The position numbers and the translations under genes were made by a program. Positions 34,255 to 43,974 of a stretch of 64,000 bases of DNA are shown in pieces; within the stretch, counting starts at the first letter, position 1, and each line of letters opens with the position of its first letter. The stretch spans positions 3,348,001-3,412,000 of the forward strand of contig SMSO01000034.1 of NCBI GenBank assembly GCA_004764695.1, given 5' to 3'. Source of the stretch: Schizochytrium sp. TIO01 (lineage: Eukaryota; Protista; Bigyra: Labyrinthulomycetes). The notes below the pieces were generated by a model that searched no databases, was not told the DNA's origin, and worked only from the letters and a program-made list of their open reading frames with translations.

Positions 34255-37200
34255 ATGCTGCGAGTGGGTCGCGTTTTGGGCCGCAGAGGCATCTCTGCAA
34301 CGAGATTGGATATTCGGTCCACACGGGTAGTCTCAAGTTTGTCATTGCGGCCTTTTTCGAGCAGCCCGACTGTGAGTGGCGGGCAAGCAGGACAAGAGCA
34401 GCGTCAGCCGCACCCATGCCACAATCGCGAGTACGGAAAAGCGTATATTCCTGGGGATGTGGAGCCAGATGTTTATGCATGGTGGGAAAACAAAAAATTT
34501 TCCAGCCTCGGAAGACTGGCGAGCCGTTCACTATGGTGATTCCTCCGCCGAATGTAACAGGCCAACTCCATATTGGACATGCTTTGACGATTACGCTTCA
34601 AGATACTATCATTCGATGGAGACGTATGCAAGGTTATGACACACTTTGGATTCCGGGAGTCGATCACGCCGGAATCGCCACACAGAGTGCTGTAGAGCGC
34701 AGACTTGCAAAGGAAAAAGGCATCACTCGCCACGATCTTGGCCGTGAAGGGTTCTTGGAGGAGGTGTGGCATTGGTATCAGGATTACAATGGGCGTATTG
34801 ATAACCAGCTTCGTCGCATGGGAGCTAGCCTTGACTGGGACCAAAAGGTATTCACAATGGATGACACTCGTTACCGCGCAGCAACCAAGGCTTTTGTACA
34901 GCTCCACGAGCGAGGCCTTGTCTATCGCAACGAACGTCTTGTAAACTGGTGCCCACACTTGCGAACTGTTATTTCTGACCTTGAAGTCGAATCTGAGGAG
35001 CTTTCTGGGCCCACAAAGCTCCGCCTCCCTGGTATGGCAGATGGAAAGACCGTAGAATTTGGAGTCATGCACGATTTTGCTTATCCTGTCCAAGGTGGTG
35101 GAGAGCTCGTTGTGAGCACAACTCGCCTGGAAACCATGCTAGGTGATGCCGCCGTAGCAATCCACCCAGATGACGCACGGTACACTCATTTGCATGGCAA
35201 ATTCGTGGAGCACCCCTTCTTCAAGGACCGCCTACTTCCGATTGTCCTTGATGCTGACCTGGTTGACCCTGAACAAGGCACCGGTGCAGTTAAGATTACC
35301 CCGGCCCATGATGAGAACGATTATGCTTGTGCACAACGTCACAACCTCGAGGTTGTAAACATGATGGATGACGATGGTTCTTTGAACGATGCCTGCGGTC
35401 AGGACTGGACTGGCATGAACCGTTTCGAAGCTCGTGCGCGTCTTGTTGAAGCTCTTGAGACCAAGGGTCTCTACCGTGGCAAACGTCCCAACGCAATGCG
35501 CTTGGCGCGCTGCTCGCGCTCTGGAGATATTATTGAGCCTCGTCTCAAACCTCAATGGTTTGTGCGCTGCGATGGAATGGCTGAGAAGGCCCTTCAAGCT
35601 GTTGAAAATGGCGAGCTCGAACTTCAACCTTCATGGCATGCAAAAACTTGGCGTGAATTCCTTAGCAACATTCATGACTGGTGCGTTTCACGACAGCTTT
35701 GGTGGGGACATCGTATCCCTGCGTACCGTATGAAGGGAGGCAATAAAGAACAGTGGTGGGTGGCTGAGTCCGAAGAGGAAGCGATTAACCTCGCAGCGAA
35801 GGACACAGGACTTGCCCCCGGTAGCTTTGAGCTCGAGCAGGACCCTGACGTGCTTGACACGTGGTTTTCCTCAGGCCTGTTTGCAATGTCTGCTCAGGGG
35901 TGGCCCGATGTTGAAGTACCTCGATACCCAATCTCTCTTATGGAAACTGGTGCGGATATTCTCTTTTTCTGGGTTGCTCGCATGGTTTTTATGGGCATGG
36001 AGCTTCACCCTAGCGGAAAGGTCCCCTTTCCACATGTCTTTTTGCACCCAATGATCCGTGACCGACAGGGTCGCAAGATGTCTAAGTCTCTCGGTAATGT
36101 CATCGACCCCCTGCATGTCATTGATGGGGTGAGCCTGGAAACTCTTCAGGATGGTGTTCGTTCCGGAAACCTCGACCCGAAGGAGGTGAAACGTGCTCTG
36201 AAGGGCCTTGCGCAAGAATTCCCAAAGGGCATTCCTGCATGTGGAACTGATGCCCAACGCCTTGCACTTGCTTCTTACATGAACTCAAGTGCTGCGATTA
36301 ATCTGGACATTGCCCGCGTCGAAACCTGGCGTGCATTCTGTAATAAGCTGTGGAACGCCCAACGTTTTATCTTGCAGCAGCAGGTTCAGGCGAACATGGC
36401 TACCGATGAAGCTGCACAAGAGGCCGCTGACACCATGGCTCTGTGGGTGCGAAGCCGTCTAGCTGCAACAATCGACCGCTGCAATACCTCGCTTGAGAAG
36501 TTTGACTTTGCGGATTACACGTTGGCTCTGCAGGAGTTTGTGGTAGGCGACCTTTGTGATGTGTACATTGAGACGAGCAAGTTGTGCACTGATATGAATA
36601 CCCTTGTAACGTGTTTGGAAACAACCTTACGCCTCATGCACCCGATTGCTCCTTTTATTACTGAAGAGCTCTGGCATCGTCTTGCTGCAGCTACCGAGCA
36701 GCCTGGCTTCTCGGTGACTGACACCATCACAGACTCTGCATACCCACAATCTTCAGAGCTCGGAGATGCTCAGCGTGCAGATATTGAGAGTGAGGTGGCT
36801 CTTGTGCTTGATGCCGTGCGTACCACCCGTGCTCTGCGCAACAAGCTGAAGGGAGTTGTTGAGGCGTCGCGGCTACAGGAGCGTATCCGCTTCGTCATTC
36901 AAAACCAAGACAGTTCTCCAATGTTGATGGGAGATGCTGGCAAGCGTCTTGTTCAGCATCTTACTCGCACGGGCTCCGTAGAGACTAGTTACGATGGCAT
37001 TGCAGATGGAAGTGCAGTTCTTGAGCTCGTTGTCCAACCGGGCGTACTTGCACAGTTGCCTGTGCAAGTAGCGGAAGGTGACCGAGCAAAAATCGAGCAA
37101 GAAGTTGATCGTTTGAACAAGAAGATGAGTAAGCTTTCGGACACTATTGAAAAATGGGAGACACGTCGTCAGAGTCCACGCTACGAGAGCGCCCCAGCTC

Positions 37201-37295
37201 ATGTTCGTGAAAAGGATGAAGAAACTATTCAGAAGCTTCAAGACGAACTATCGATCCTTGATGCCTCTAAGGCTACCCTTGCATCGCTTCTGTAA
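34255..37295 (+). CDS. VARS2: Valyl-tRNA synthetase, probably mitochondrial; -1 frameshift at about 34492-34501
   Basis: PPPNVTGQLHIGH, DHAGIATQ, DWCVSRQLWWGH, DVLDTWFSS, KMSKS and a C-terminal coiled coil. The upstream frame gives an Arg/Ser-rich presequence and the conserved KAY.P..VE...Y.WWE. Confidence 0.93.
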
Positions 37296-37621
37296 GAAGG
37301 GCTTCCTTTGGTATGGCATATCGCCAAATTGCACGATTCGAGTTGATTCATCAATGTGCAAAAGATTGCCTCTAAATCTTTGTCAAATTACTTCAAGCAA
37401 ACAAAAAAATATTAAAAATCTGATATCGCTCTGTACATCTTCTCATGAACAGCTTGGCTCTACAAATTTAATTCAATTCAATTCCAAAGCCCATCCTGCT
37501 TCACCTGAAAACAACAGTAGTCCTTCGAAAACAACCGGGATGTTCCAATTATGCCCTTTATATCTTAGGGTAGCCGCACGTTGCGACAACAACAGCGATT
37601 GGCTCCAACAAGTCATTGCTC

Positions 37622-37693
37622 GAGTCGTTAGCTCAGTGGTAGAGCGTTCGATTGCAGTTCGAATGGTCACGCGTTCAACTCGCGTACGGCTCT
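37622..37693 (+). tRNA. trnC-GCA: tRNA-Cys(GCA), copy 1
   Basis: 72-nt cloverleaf: acceptor GAGTCGT/ACGGCTC, D arm GCTC-AGTGGTA-GAGC, anticodon arm TTCGA-TTGCAGT-TCGAA, T arm ACGCG-TTCAACT-CGCGT, discriminator U. An oligo-T terminator follows. Confidence 0.96.
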
Positions 37694-37790
37694 TATTTTT
37701 TAAATTATTTCTCTTAGAGTTTTTTATTTTTCAAAGAAAGCTACATAGAACGTTTTATATACGAGTGCAGATTCTGAGAAAGCATATCAT

Positions 37791-37862
37791 GAGTCGTTAG
37801 CTCAGTGGTAGAGCGTTCGATTGCAGTTCGAATGGTCACGCGTTCAACTCGCGTACGGCGCT
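37791..37862 (+). tRNA. trnC-GCA: tRNA-Cys(GCA), copy 2 (acceptor-stem variant)
   Basis: Identical to copy 1 except T>G at 37860, giving an A2:G71 mismatch. Oligo-T follows. Confidence 0.9.
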
Positions 37863-38837
37863 TTATTTTTTTTAAATCTTTTTATTTTTTATTTTTTTGT
37901 TTTTTTAAAGCGCCACTAATAGTGATGGTAGAATCAGATTCTATTAGATTTTAAACTATTGGTTATTTGCCGAGTGGACTGCACTTTACAAAACAATGCA
38001 ATAAATGTGGGTACCATCCACGATAACCTTGAAACATGCAAGCACGTAGTCGATCGTATCATCCACGCCACCAGAGGCATCCTTTTGCGCTACCTACTCC
38101 AGGACGTGGTTCAAGGAGACCCAGGTTCGTTTTTAACCCGCGATTGAGCCTACACCCTACTTTGTCACCTAGAAAATGCAAGTTTTGCAAAATTATATAG
38201 GTTAATTACCCCAGATCAAGCAACATAAGGGCATCATGTTGAGCCCCGAAGTGGATCTCGCCAAACCTATCCATTTCCTACTAATAAAGAACGAAAAAAC
38301 TCTGCCATGTAGCATTACACAGTACCTAGACCAACCCAAATACTGACTTGGTTCGTTACAATGTGACGACCCAATGTTAGACTTAAGTAAATGTTACATC
38401 TGTGAAATTATGTTGCTGGTATATATCATATTGCTCCGGACTCAAATGCAGAGCCAGAAGATACTTGAACTGCTTCCACCTTAGTAGTATCGTGAACCAA
38501 GCAATACTTACTTAGAGTTATAGCTCATTATCGTTTGGGATTCTAGTATGTTTTATAGAAGCAATTTACGAAAAGATTAGGCTGTCATTGGCATCTTTCC
38601 TGATATGTTGCGTTCCGAAAACTTTTCAGATATCGGATTAACTTTCACAGTTGTCACATTATACAACACCAATCATAACTGGAGCAAACGTTAGTCAAAA
38701 TAAAATAGCGTAGTCATTGACTGACGTTTTCACAGTAGTTACCTAATCACCCTGCTGGTTCAATGGAACATTTCGACATGTGCAGGTACCCAGCCGAATA
38801 CTTTTGAGTGTGCTTAGGCAACATACCAACATCTCGG

Positions 38838-38909
38838 GAGTCGTTAGCTCAGTGGTAGAGCGTTCGATTGCAGTTCGAATGGTCACGCGTTCAACTCGCG
38901 TACGGCTCT
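38838..38909 (+). tRNA. trnC-GCA: tRNA-Cys(GCA), copy 3
   Basis: Identical to copy 1; oligo-T terminator follows. Confidence 0.96.
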
Positions 38910-39238
38910 GATTTTTTTCTGCTTCATTGAACAATAACCAGGACTCCAATGTTCGTTTTGAAAAGAAAAAAAAAAACAAGCATACTTTGCCTGCAGCTGT
39001 ATATTACATTTAACAGTCATTCATGGCTTGTTGTTTCTTTTTGCTACTAGCCGTTTAGTTTCTAGGGAATCATAAGCTGGAGTGGGCTATGGATATTTAG
39101 CTTTTCTTTTCCTCTTTTTTTTTTGCGTTGGATGTAATGACCTATTACCTCTATGACTATGCCCTGTAGGGTTTGTTCCAACTATCCTCATCCACCACTT
39201 TTGAAAAAGTTTGGCTCTTCACATAAGCATCAGTTAAT

Positions 39239-39310
39239 GAGTCGTTAGCTCAGTGGTAGAGCGTTCGATTGCAGTTCGAATGGTCACGCGTTCAACTCGC
39301 GTACGGCTCT
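39239..39310 (+). tRNA. trnC-GCA: tRNA-Cys(GCA), copy 4
   Basis: Identical to copy 1; oligo-T terminator follows. Confidence 0.96.
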
Positions 39311-39443
39311 GATATCTTTTTTAATTTTATATTTGAGTTCAACTTAAAATGTTGCGAGATTTTAACTTTTTAGATTTATTTTTTTTGCTTAATTTACAGT
39401 ATTGATATCCAATTATGTGGGTGATGCAATTATATCAGCTAAT

Positions 39444-39515
39444 GAGTCGTTAGCTCAGTGGTAGAGCGTTCGATTGCAGTTCGAATGGTCACGCGTTCAA
39501 CTCGCGTACGGCTCT
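39444..39515 (+). tRNA. trnC-GCA: tRNA-Cys(GCA), copy 5
   Basis: Identical to copy 1; oligo-T terminator follows. Confidence 0.96.
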
Positions 39516-39912
39516 GATATCCTTTTTTGCCTGATTTGAGGTCGAGCATATTAAAATATTGCAAGATTTTTGGCTATCCTTATATTAGATTTTTCTTCAT
39601 GACAGTAAAATGATTCGATAGTTTTGATCCTGACTAAAACAATGGATGGCGACTTCGTTGTGGTAGGGCGGTGGCTCTATAGGTACTACATTTTTCGTTT
39701 CTTTGAACTTTGATTCTTCGAATATGAATCACGAGGAACCCTGATTCAAAAAGAAACACAGTGCTACTCTTCAATGTGAAACGCTATTGACCAAAACGAA
39801 GGGTTGCTGGAGTGTTGGCCAGGACAGGTTGGCAGAGCTCAGTATTTTGATTACGTAGGTATATAGAGAATGTGATCTCTTCATTAACCAGCTTCCAATA
39901 CAGCATGACTAT

Positions 39913-39984
39913 GAGTCGTTAGCTCAGTGGTAGAGCGTTCGATTGCAGTTCGAATGGTCACGCGTTCAACTCGCGTACGGCTCT
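39913..39984 (+). tRNA. trnC-GCA: tRNA-Cys(GCA), copy 6
   Basis: Identical to copy 1; oligo-T terminator follows. Confidence 0.96.
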
Positions 39985-40722
39985 TTAATTTTTTTCTCCT
40001 CGGAGAAGCACCTCCTTTACAATTTTGTATGTAAATTTTAATTCTTTTTTAATAATTTCTAATTTAATTCTTAGATGTTTATTTGTATTATAATATGAAG
40101 GTCTTGGAATTTTGCTTGATCTAGACTCGCACCCTCAAGGCTCTCTTATTATTACTCACTTTTCTTTCGTTAATGTACACCTGTTTCCACGTCGCTCTAT
40201 TTCTTCATTTGCTCTGTGCAAAGGAAACTATTTTCCTGTCTTTTCTTAGCCCATGCTCGAGACTGAGCTTTGACTCTTGAGCATTTTTCCCTTTTTCTTT
40301 TTCCTTCGAGTTTTTTCGTATCGGAGGAAAAGATGCTTTACTAGCTCTAGAGAAACTTTCTCAGTTTTTATCTTTGTCTGTGCTGTTCTTATCAGCAATC
40401 CTCGTGACCGAAGCCGTGTCAGAGCACTGGGTCGTGCTCCTCGCGTTAAATTTTGTGCTACCTTATCACTCATCTTGACCCTCCCCCGCTGCGCCCCTTT
40501 CTCGCTGTGTTGTTGAGAAAGCTACTGCAGAGAAGCTTGCGGAGGAGTGATTGGCTTGAAGAAAACGAGGAAAGCCCTGGGATACCTCTATCTTGAGCTA
40601 CTGCTGGCCCGTTTTCCCTGCTGCTGCCGCCGCGTTTCTCCTCTCCTTGCAACTACATTGAGTCCTGTTCCTTCCTGGCCAAGAGAGGTTCATACCACAG
40701 GGTTCGCAGCTCTTTGCAGAGA

Positions 40723-41373
40723 ATGTGCTTGATCCCTGGTATGCTAGCGCCTGGGCCTTCCCGGCCATCAGAACGTGCAAAGAAATTTGCAGTGGCACTT
40801 TCTGTGATGGCTGGGATCATGTTTGTTCTGAGCCTTGGTCTGGTTGTAAGCTTTTCAGTGTGGAGTGTCTTGCAGAATTTAATCTTTGTGTTATATGCAT
40901 ATATGGTGGTCCGCCCATTTCGAAACGAACTTGCTCTGGTGTTTATCGAGAATATTTTGTGTTTTTCGCTATTAACTGGCCTAACAGGGATGATGAGCAT
41001 ATTTACGCTCGTAAACTTGATCACAAAGCAGCAACTTTGGGCAAAGAAATTGGAAAATTGGCAAATATATACTGGCATCACACTGGCTAGCATAATTACA
41101 GTGACGTATGTGGCAATGAGCATCTTAAGCTACATTTTATTTCGTGATTTGCAAAATACCACTGTTCAAATGGATGAGGAGTCGGCAGCGTTTTTACCAG
41201 GCATGCGTGGGGGGTCACCAAGTGGATATCGAAGCGGAGGAGGTACATTTGGGTCTTTTGGTTATCCACCAACTGGGTCTTACATTCGCAGCCCAATTAC
41301 AAGCCAAGCAGCACAGCCCCAGGCCCCGCAGCGTGACCGCTTTCCTGGTAAAGGCTACAAGCTCAATGGGTAA
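40723..41373 (+). CDS. Multi-pass (~4 TM) membrane protein with C-terminal SHP-box-like motif
   Basis: Hydrophobic N-terminal two thirds and a G/P/S-rich tail ending RFPGKGYKLNG. The start is uncertain (ATG 40723 or 40741, or an upstream exon). Confidence 0.8.
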   Translation: MCLIPGMLAPGPSRPSERAKKFAVALSVMAGIMFVLSLGLVVSFSVWSVLQNLIFVLYAYMVVRPFRNELALVFIENILCFSLLTGLTGMMSIFTLVNLITKQQLWAKKLENWQIYTGITLASIITVTYVAMSILSYILFRDLQNTTVQMDEESAAFLPGMRGGSPSGYRSGGGTFGSFGYPPTGSYIRSPITSQAAQPQAPQRDRFPGKGYKLNG

Positions 41374-41548
41374 TTCTACTCCTTACAATCAAGCAACTAC
41401 TTCTGCGGAACTAGACTATTTTATATCCCGTTATCTTCATAAACCCTCATGTGCTTGAAAGAACGAGGCTGATGAAACGAATCCAGGGCGGAACCCGAGA
41501 CTGAGTTGCCAAGTGTGTAGGCATTTGTTCTTCTCTCTGAAGCAATAT

Positions 41549-42196
41549 TCATATGGAGAAGAATGATGACGAGGAGGAAGTGGCGCCCTCTGCTTTTGCC
41601 TGTGCCTTGCAAAGTTTTGTCAATACTGCATCCATGTCCCGAAGATCATTCACATCCTGAGATGCATCGCGTCCTGGTGCTGCATTCTCCTCAACTTTTG
41701 CCATTTTTTGTTTGATTAAATCAAGTGCAAGATCTGAATTCATTTTGTATTGTACGTGCGCGGTTACCTCATTTGGAACCGCGTCTGTTGAACCCCGTGA
41801 AAGAAGTTGAAGTCGTACTTGATCATTCGCTTGCACGAGAAGGCCTGAGTTCTGCTCGGGTCTCACGCCAAACACATGCACTGGGAAAGTTGCTTGCTTA
41901 TTCACCATGGGCCAGAACCGCAGACCTAGCCACCAGCTGATGGGCGGTTCGTGATAAACATTTAAGATAGCTTTGTTTCCCTCGCAAGAAGCACTCACAA
42001 CTCGGGCGACAAGTTTCTTCCGCGCTGCAAAGTCTTGAGCTTGAAGCTGCACAGCAGGCTGTTTAATCTGGCGGCCGAACTTGGAACGCTTAATGAGCAC
42101 AAAGGTGGCTCCAGCAAGAACGATCTGGTTTGCCAGTTTGATCTCACGCCAGTGCTGGTCCACTGTGTCACTGAGCCACTCCATTGTGTCTTCCAT
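41549..42196 (-). CDS. C3orf33/LCL3-like protein (staphylococcal nuclease-like fold, N-terminal TM)
   Basis: TM helix followed by DFAARKKLVARV, VYHEP, VHVFGV, VRLQLLSR, DLALDLIKQKMAKV and KLCKAQAKA. The order of these segments matches C3orf33/LCL3 as I recall them. Confidence 0.65.
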   Translation of the reverse strand: MEDTMEWLSDTVDQHWREIKLANQIVLAGATFVLIKRSKFGRQIKQPAVQLQAQDFAARKKLVARVVSASCEGNKAILNVYHEPPISWWLGLRFWPMVNKQATFPVHVFGVRPEQNSGLLVQANDQVRLQLLSRGSTDAVPNEVTAHVQYKMNSDLALDLIKQKMAKVEENAAPGRDASQDVNDLRDMDAVLTKLCKAQAKAEGATSSSSSFFSI

Positions 42197-42789
42197 TGTG
42201 CCAAGCGCACGGTCTCTCAAAGTCCTTCTGCTTCGCTAGTTTGCTACGTTGCTCCTTCAGTCCTTTGCTCTGTCTCGTCCTTCAAACTTTAGTACTATCA
42301 AATGCTTCCCCTTCTTTTCTCTCTTTTCTTTATTCTGTTTTTAGAAATTCTCGTTGCGGCTGAGCTTCATCAATATATCATATAATTGTAAGGATTGAAA
42401 GAACTTAATAATATGTAGCATTAACGCGCTTCGTATTGCGTCGAGTTAGAAATCCTTTACTGACTATCGCAATTCCCTTTTGAGCAAAGGTTTCAAACTC
42501 GATTTTAAAATAATAAAATATCAGGTAAAAGCTGTTTATTAGGCAAGAATCTTGTCATAGGAAAACAGCAGGGTCACCCTTGACATGTTCGCAAAATCTC
42601 ACTTAATGACTCACATCAACTAGGAGAGAACTCTGCAAGGATTAAAAAATTCGAGAAGTTATTTCTCAATCAAAAAAGTGGTAGTTGTAGTAGTATAGTT
42701 TAGTCTCAACATAATGAGGGGTGACTACAAAGTAAAAGCAGAAAGTACTAGGAAAACAGGGAATCAGGGAATCAGTGGTCCAGTGAGAA

Positions 42790-43974
42790 TCATTGAACAA
42801 ACATTTTATGTACAGTCTCGAGAGCAGGCTCAACAATTGTTGGTACCTGAAACGAGGTAGTGTCAACAATTGCCGCCATATCAGCCAGCGGGCGCAAAGC
42901 AGCAAAGGAATTGGCTGCTTTGGTGTGGGAATCAACAATAGTTTCACGCGGCACGGCGCGACCTGTCCTTGCAGACCTTGCCTCTGCACGGTCAATTGCG
43001 ATGGATAAGTCGGCGCGAATGTACAGAATACCAATGCGGTAGTTGGGGAATTCCCGTTTTAAACGCTGGAACTCCATTCGCCACCAGGTAGTATCTTTGA
43101 GAGAGGAGTCAAATACAATGTTGCGGGAGGCAACTAAACTTTCAGCCAGAGCAATTTCACACATGTATCCTGACTCCTTTTGCAGCATGGATGCTGCTTT
43201 TGAACTGTTCTGTACATACCCATGCCATTCGGGGAGGAGGCTGCGCACTTCGTCCTGGTCAATAACAACGAAGGACTCGAGCTCGGCGAGCACGCCAGTC
43301 TCTTTAAAGTAGCGCAAAGCATGGCTCTTACCAGAGCCCATTGCTCCAGCGGTAAAAAGAATCCATGGCTGAGGCTGTCGCTTCATGCTACCACTTGCGC
43401 GAAGCACGTAAGAGATCACTTGATCCTGTACGAGTTGGCGCTCTTTTGTGTAGAAACCATGAAAGGATTTATCCAACGTCTGGCGAATATGTGAGTACTG
43501 CCCAGCGTAGCTTTCCTCAGAACTCATGTAAACCTCGTGCGATGGGAGGTCAAAGTTATAGTTGCGCATATCTACGACTGAGCCTGTTGACACGGTGGAG
43601 GAGATGGACCATGATGATGTTAACGGCTGCTGTTGTGCTGAGTACTGTGACTGGCCGCCATTCCCGCTAAAGTCAGCCGAGGAGGAGTGTGGCCTTGCAG
43701 GGCCACGCTGTTGTTGTTGTTGTTGGTGGTGATGGTGGCGGCGGTGGTGATGGTGGTGGTGATGGTGACGTTTTGAGGTAGAGACACTCACACCGTCTTG
43801 AGGTTGCATATCACTTGTGAAGGTGTCCCTCGAACCATCGCGGGACCGCTTCACCGACATGCTGTGCTCTGCCATCGTCGGGTCTACTATCCTCTCGTCA
43901 GCCATCGTGTGAAGATCAGTGGCCGGACCCGACGAGGTCTCCTCCGACACCACGGGGAGAGCCACGTTGAGCAT
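42790..43974 (-). CDS. Zeta-toxin-domain P-loop kinase with His/Gln-rich N-terminal extension
   Basis: PWILFTAGAMGSGKS (Walker A), VIDQDEVRSLLPE, NIVFDSSL and RAEARSARTGRAVP lid motif. Confidence 0.88.
   Translation of the reverse strand: MLNVALPVVSEETSSGPATDLHTMADERIVDPTMAEHSMSVKRSRDGSRDTFTSDMQPQDGVSVSTSKRHHHHHHHHRRHHHHQQQQQQRGPARPHSSSADFSGNGGQSQYSAQQQPLTSSWSISSTVSTGSVVDMRNYNFDLPSHEVYMSSEESYAGQYSHIRQTLDKSFHGFYTKERQLVQDQVISYVLRASGSMKRQPQPWILFTAGAMGSGKSHALRYFKETGVLAELESFVVIDQDEVRSLLPEWHGYVQNSSKAASMLQKESGYMCEIALAESLVASRNIVFDSSLKDTTWWRMEFQRLKREFPNYRIGILYIRADLSIAIDRAEARSARTGRAVPRETIVDSHTKAANSFAALRPLADMAAIVDTTSFQVPTIVEPALETVHKMFVQ

Noticed and set aside
37147-37800. 217-aa ORF spanning the ValRS end and tRNA copy 1
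   Set aside because: Overlaps ValRS out of frame and a tRNA gene; no protein-like features.
37959-38147. VVQGDPGS resembling the non-LTR reverse transcriptase QGDPLS motif between tRNA copies
   Set aside because: No downstream YADD-like motif in that frame and no other RT motifs; too short to support.
37622-39984. Identical repeats with unique spacers resembling a CRISPR array or SINE family
   Set aside because: Each repeat is a full tRNA cloverleaf with a Pol III terminator. Spacers are long and irregular, and there are no cas genes, tails or TSDs.
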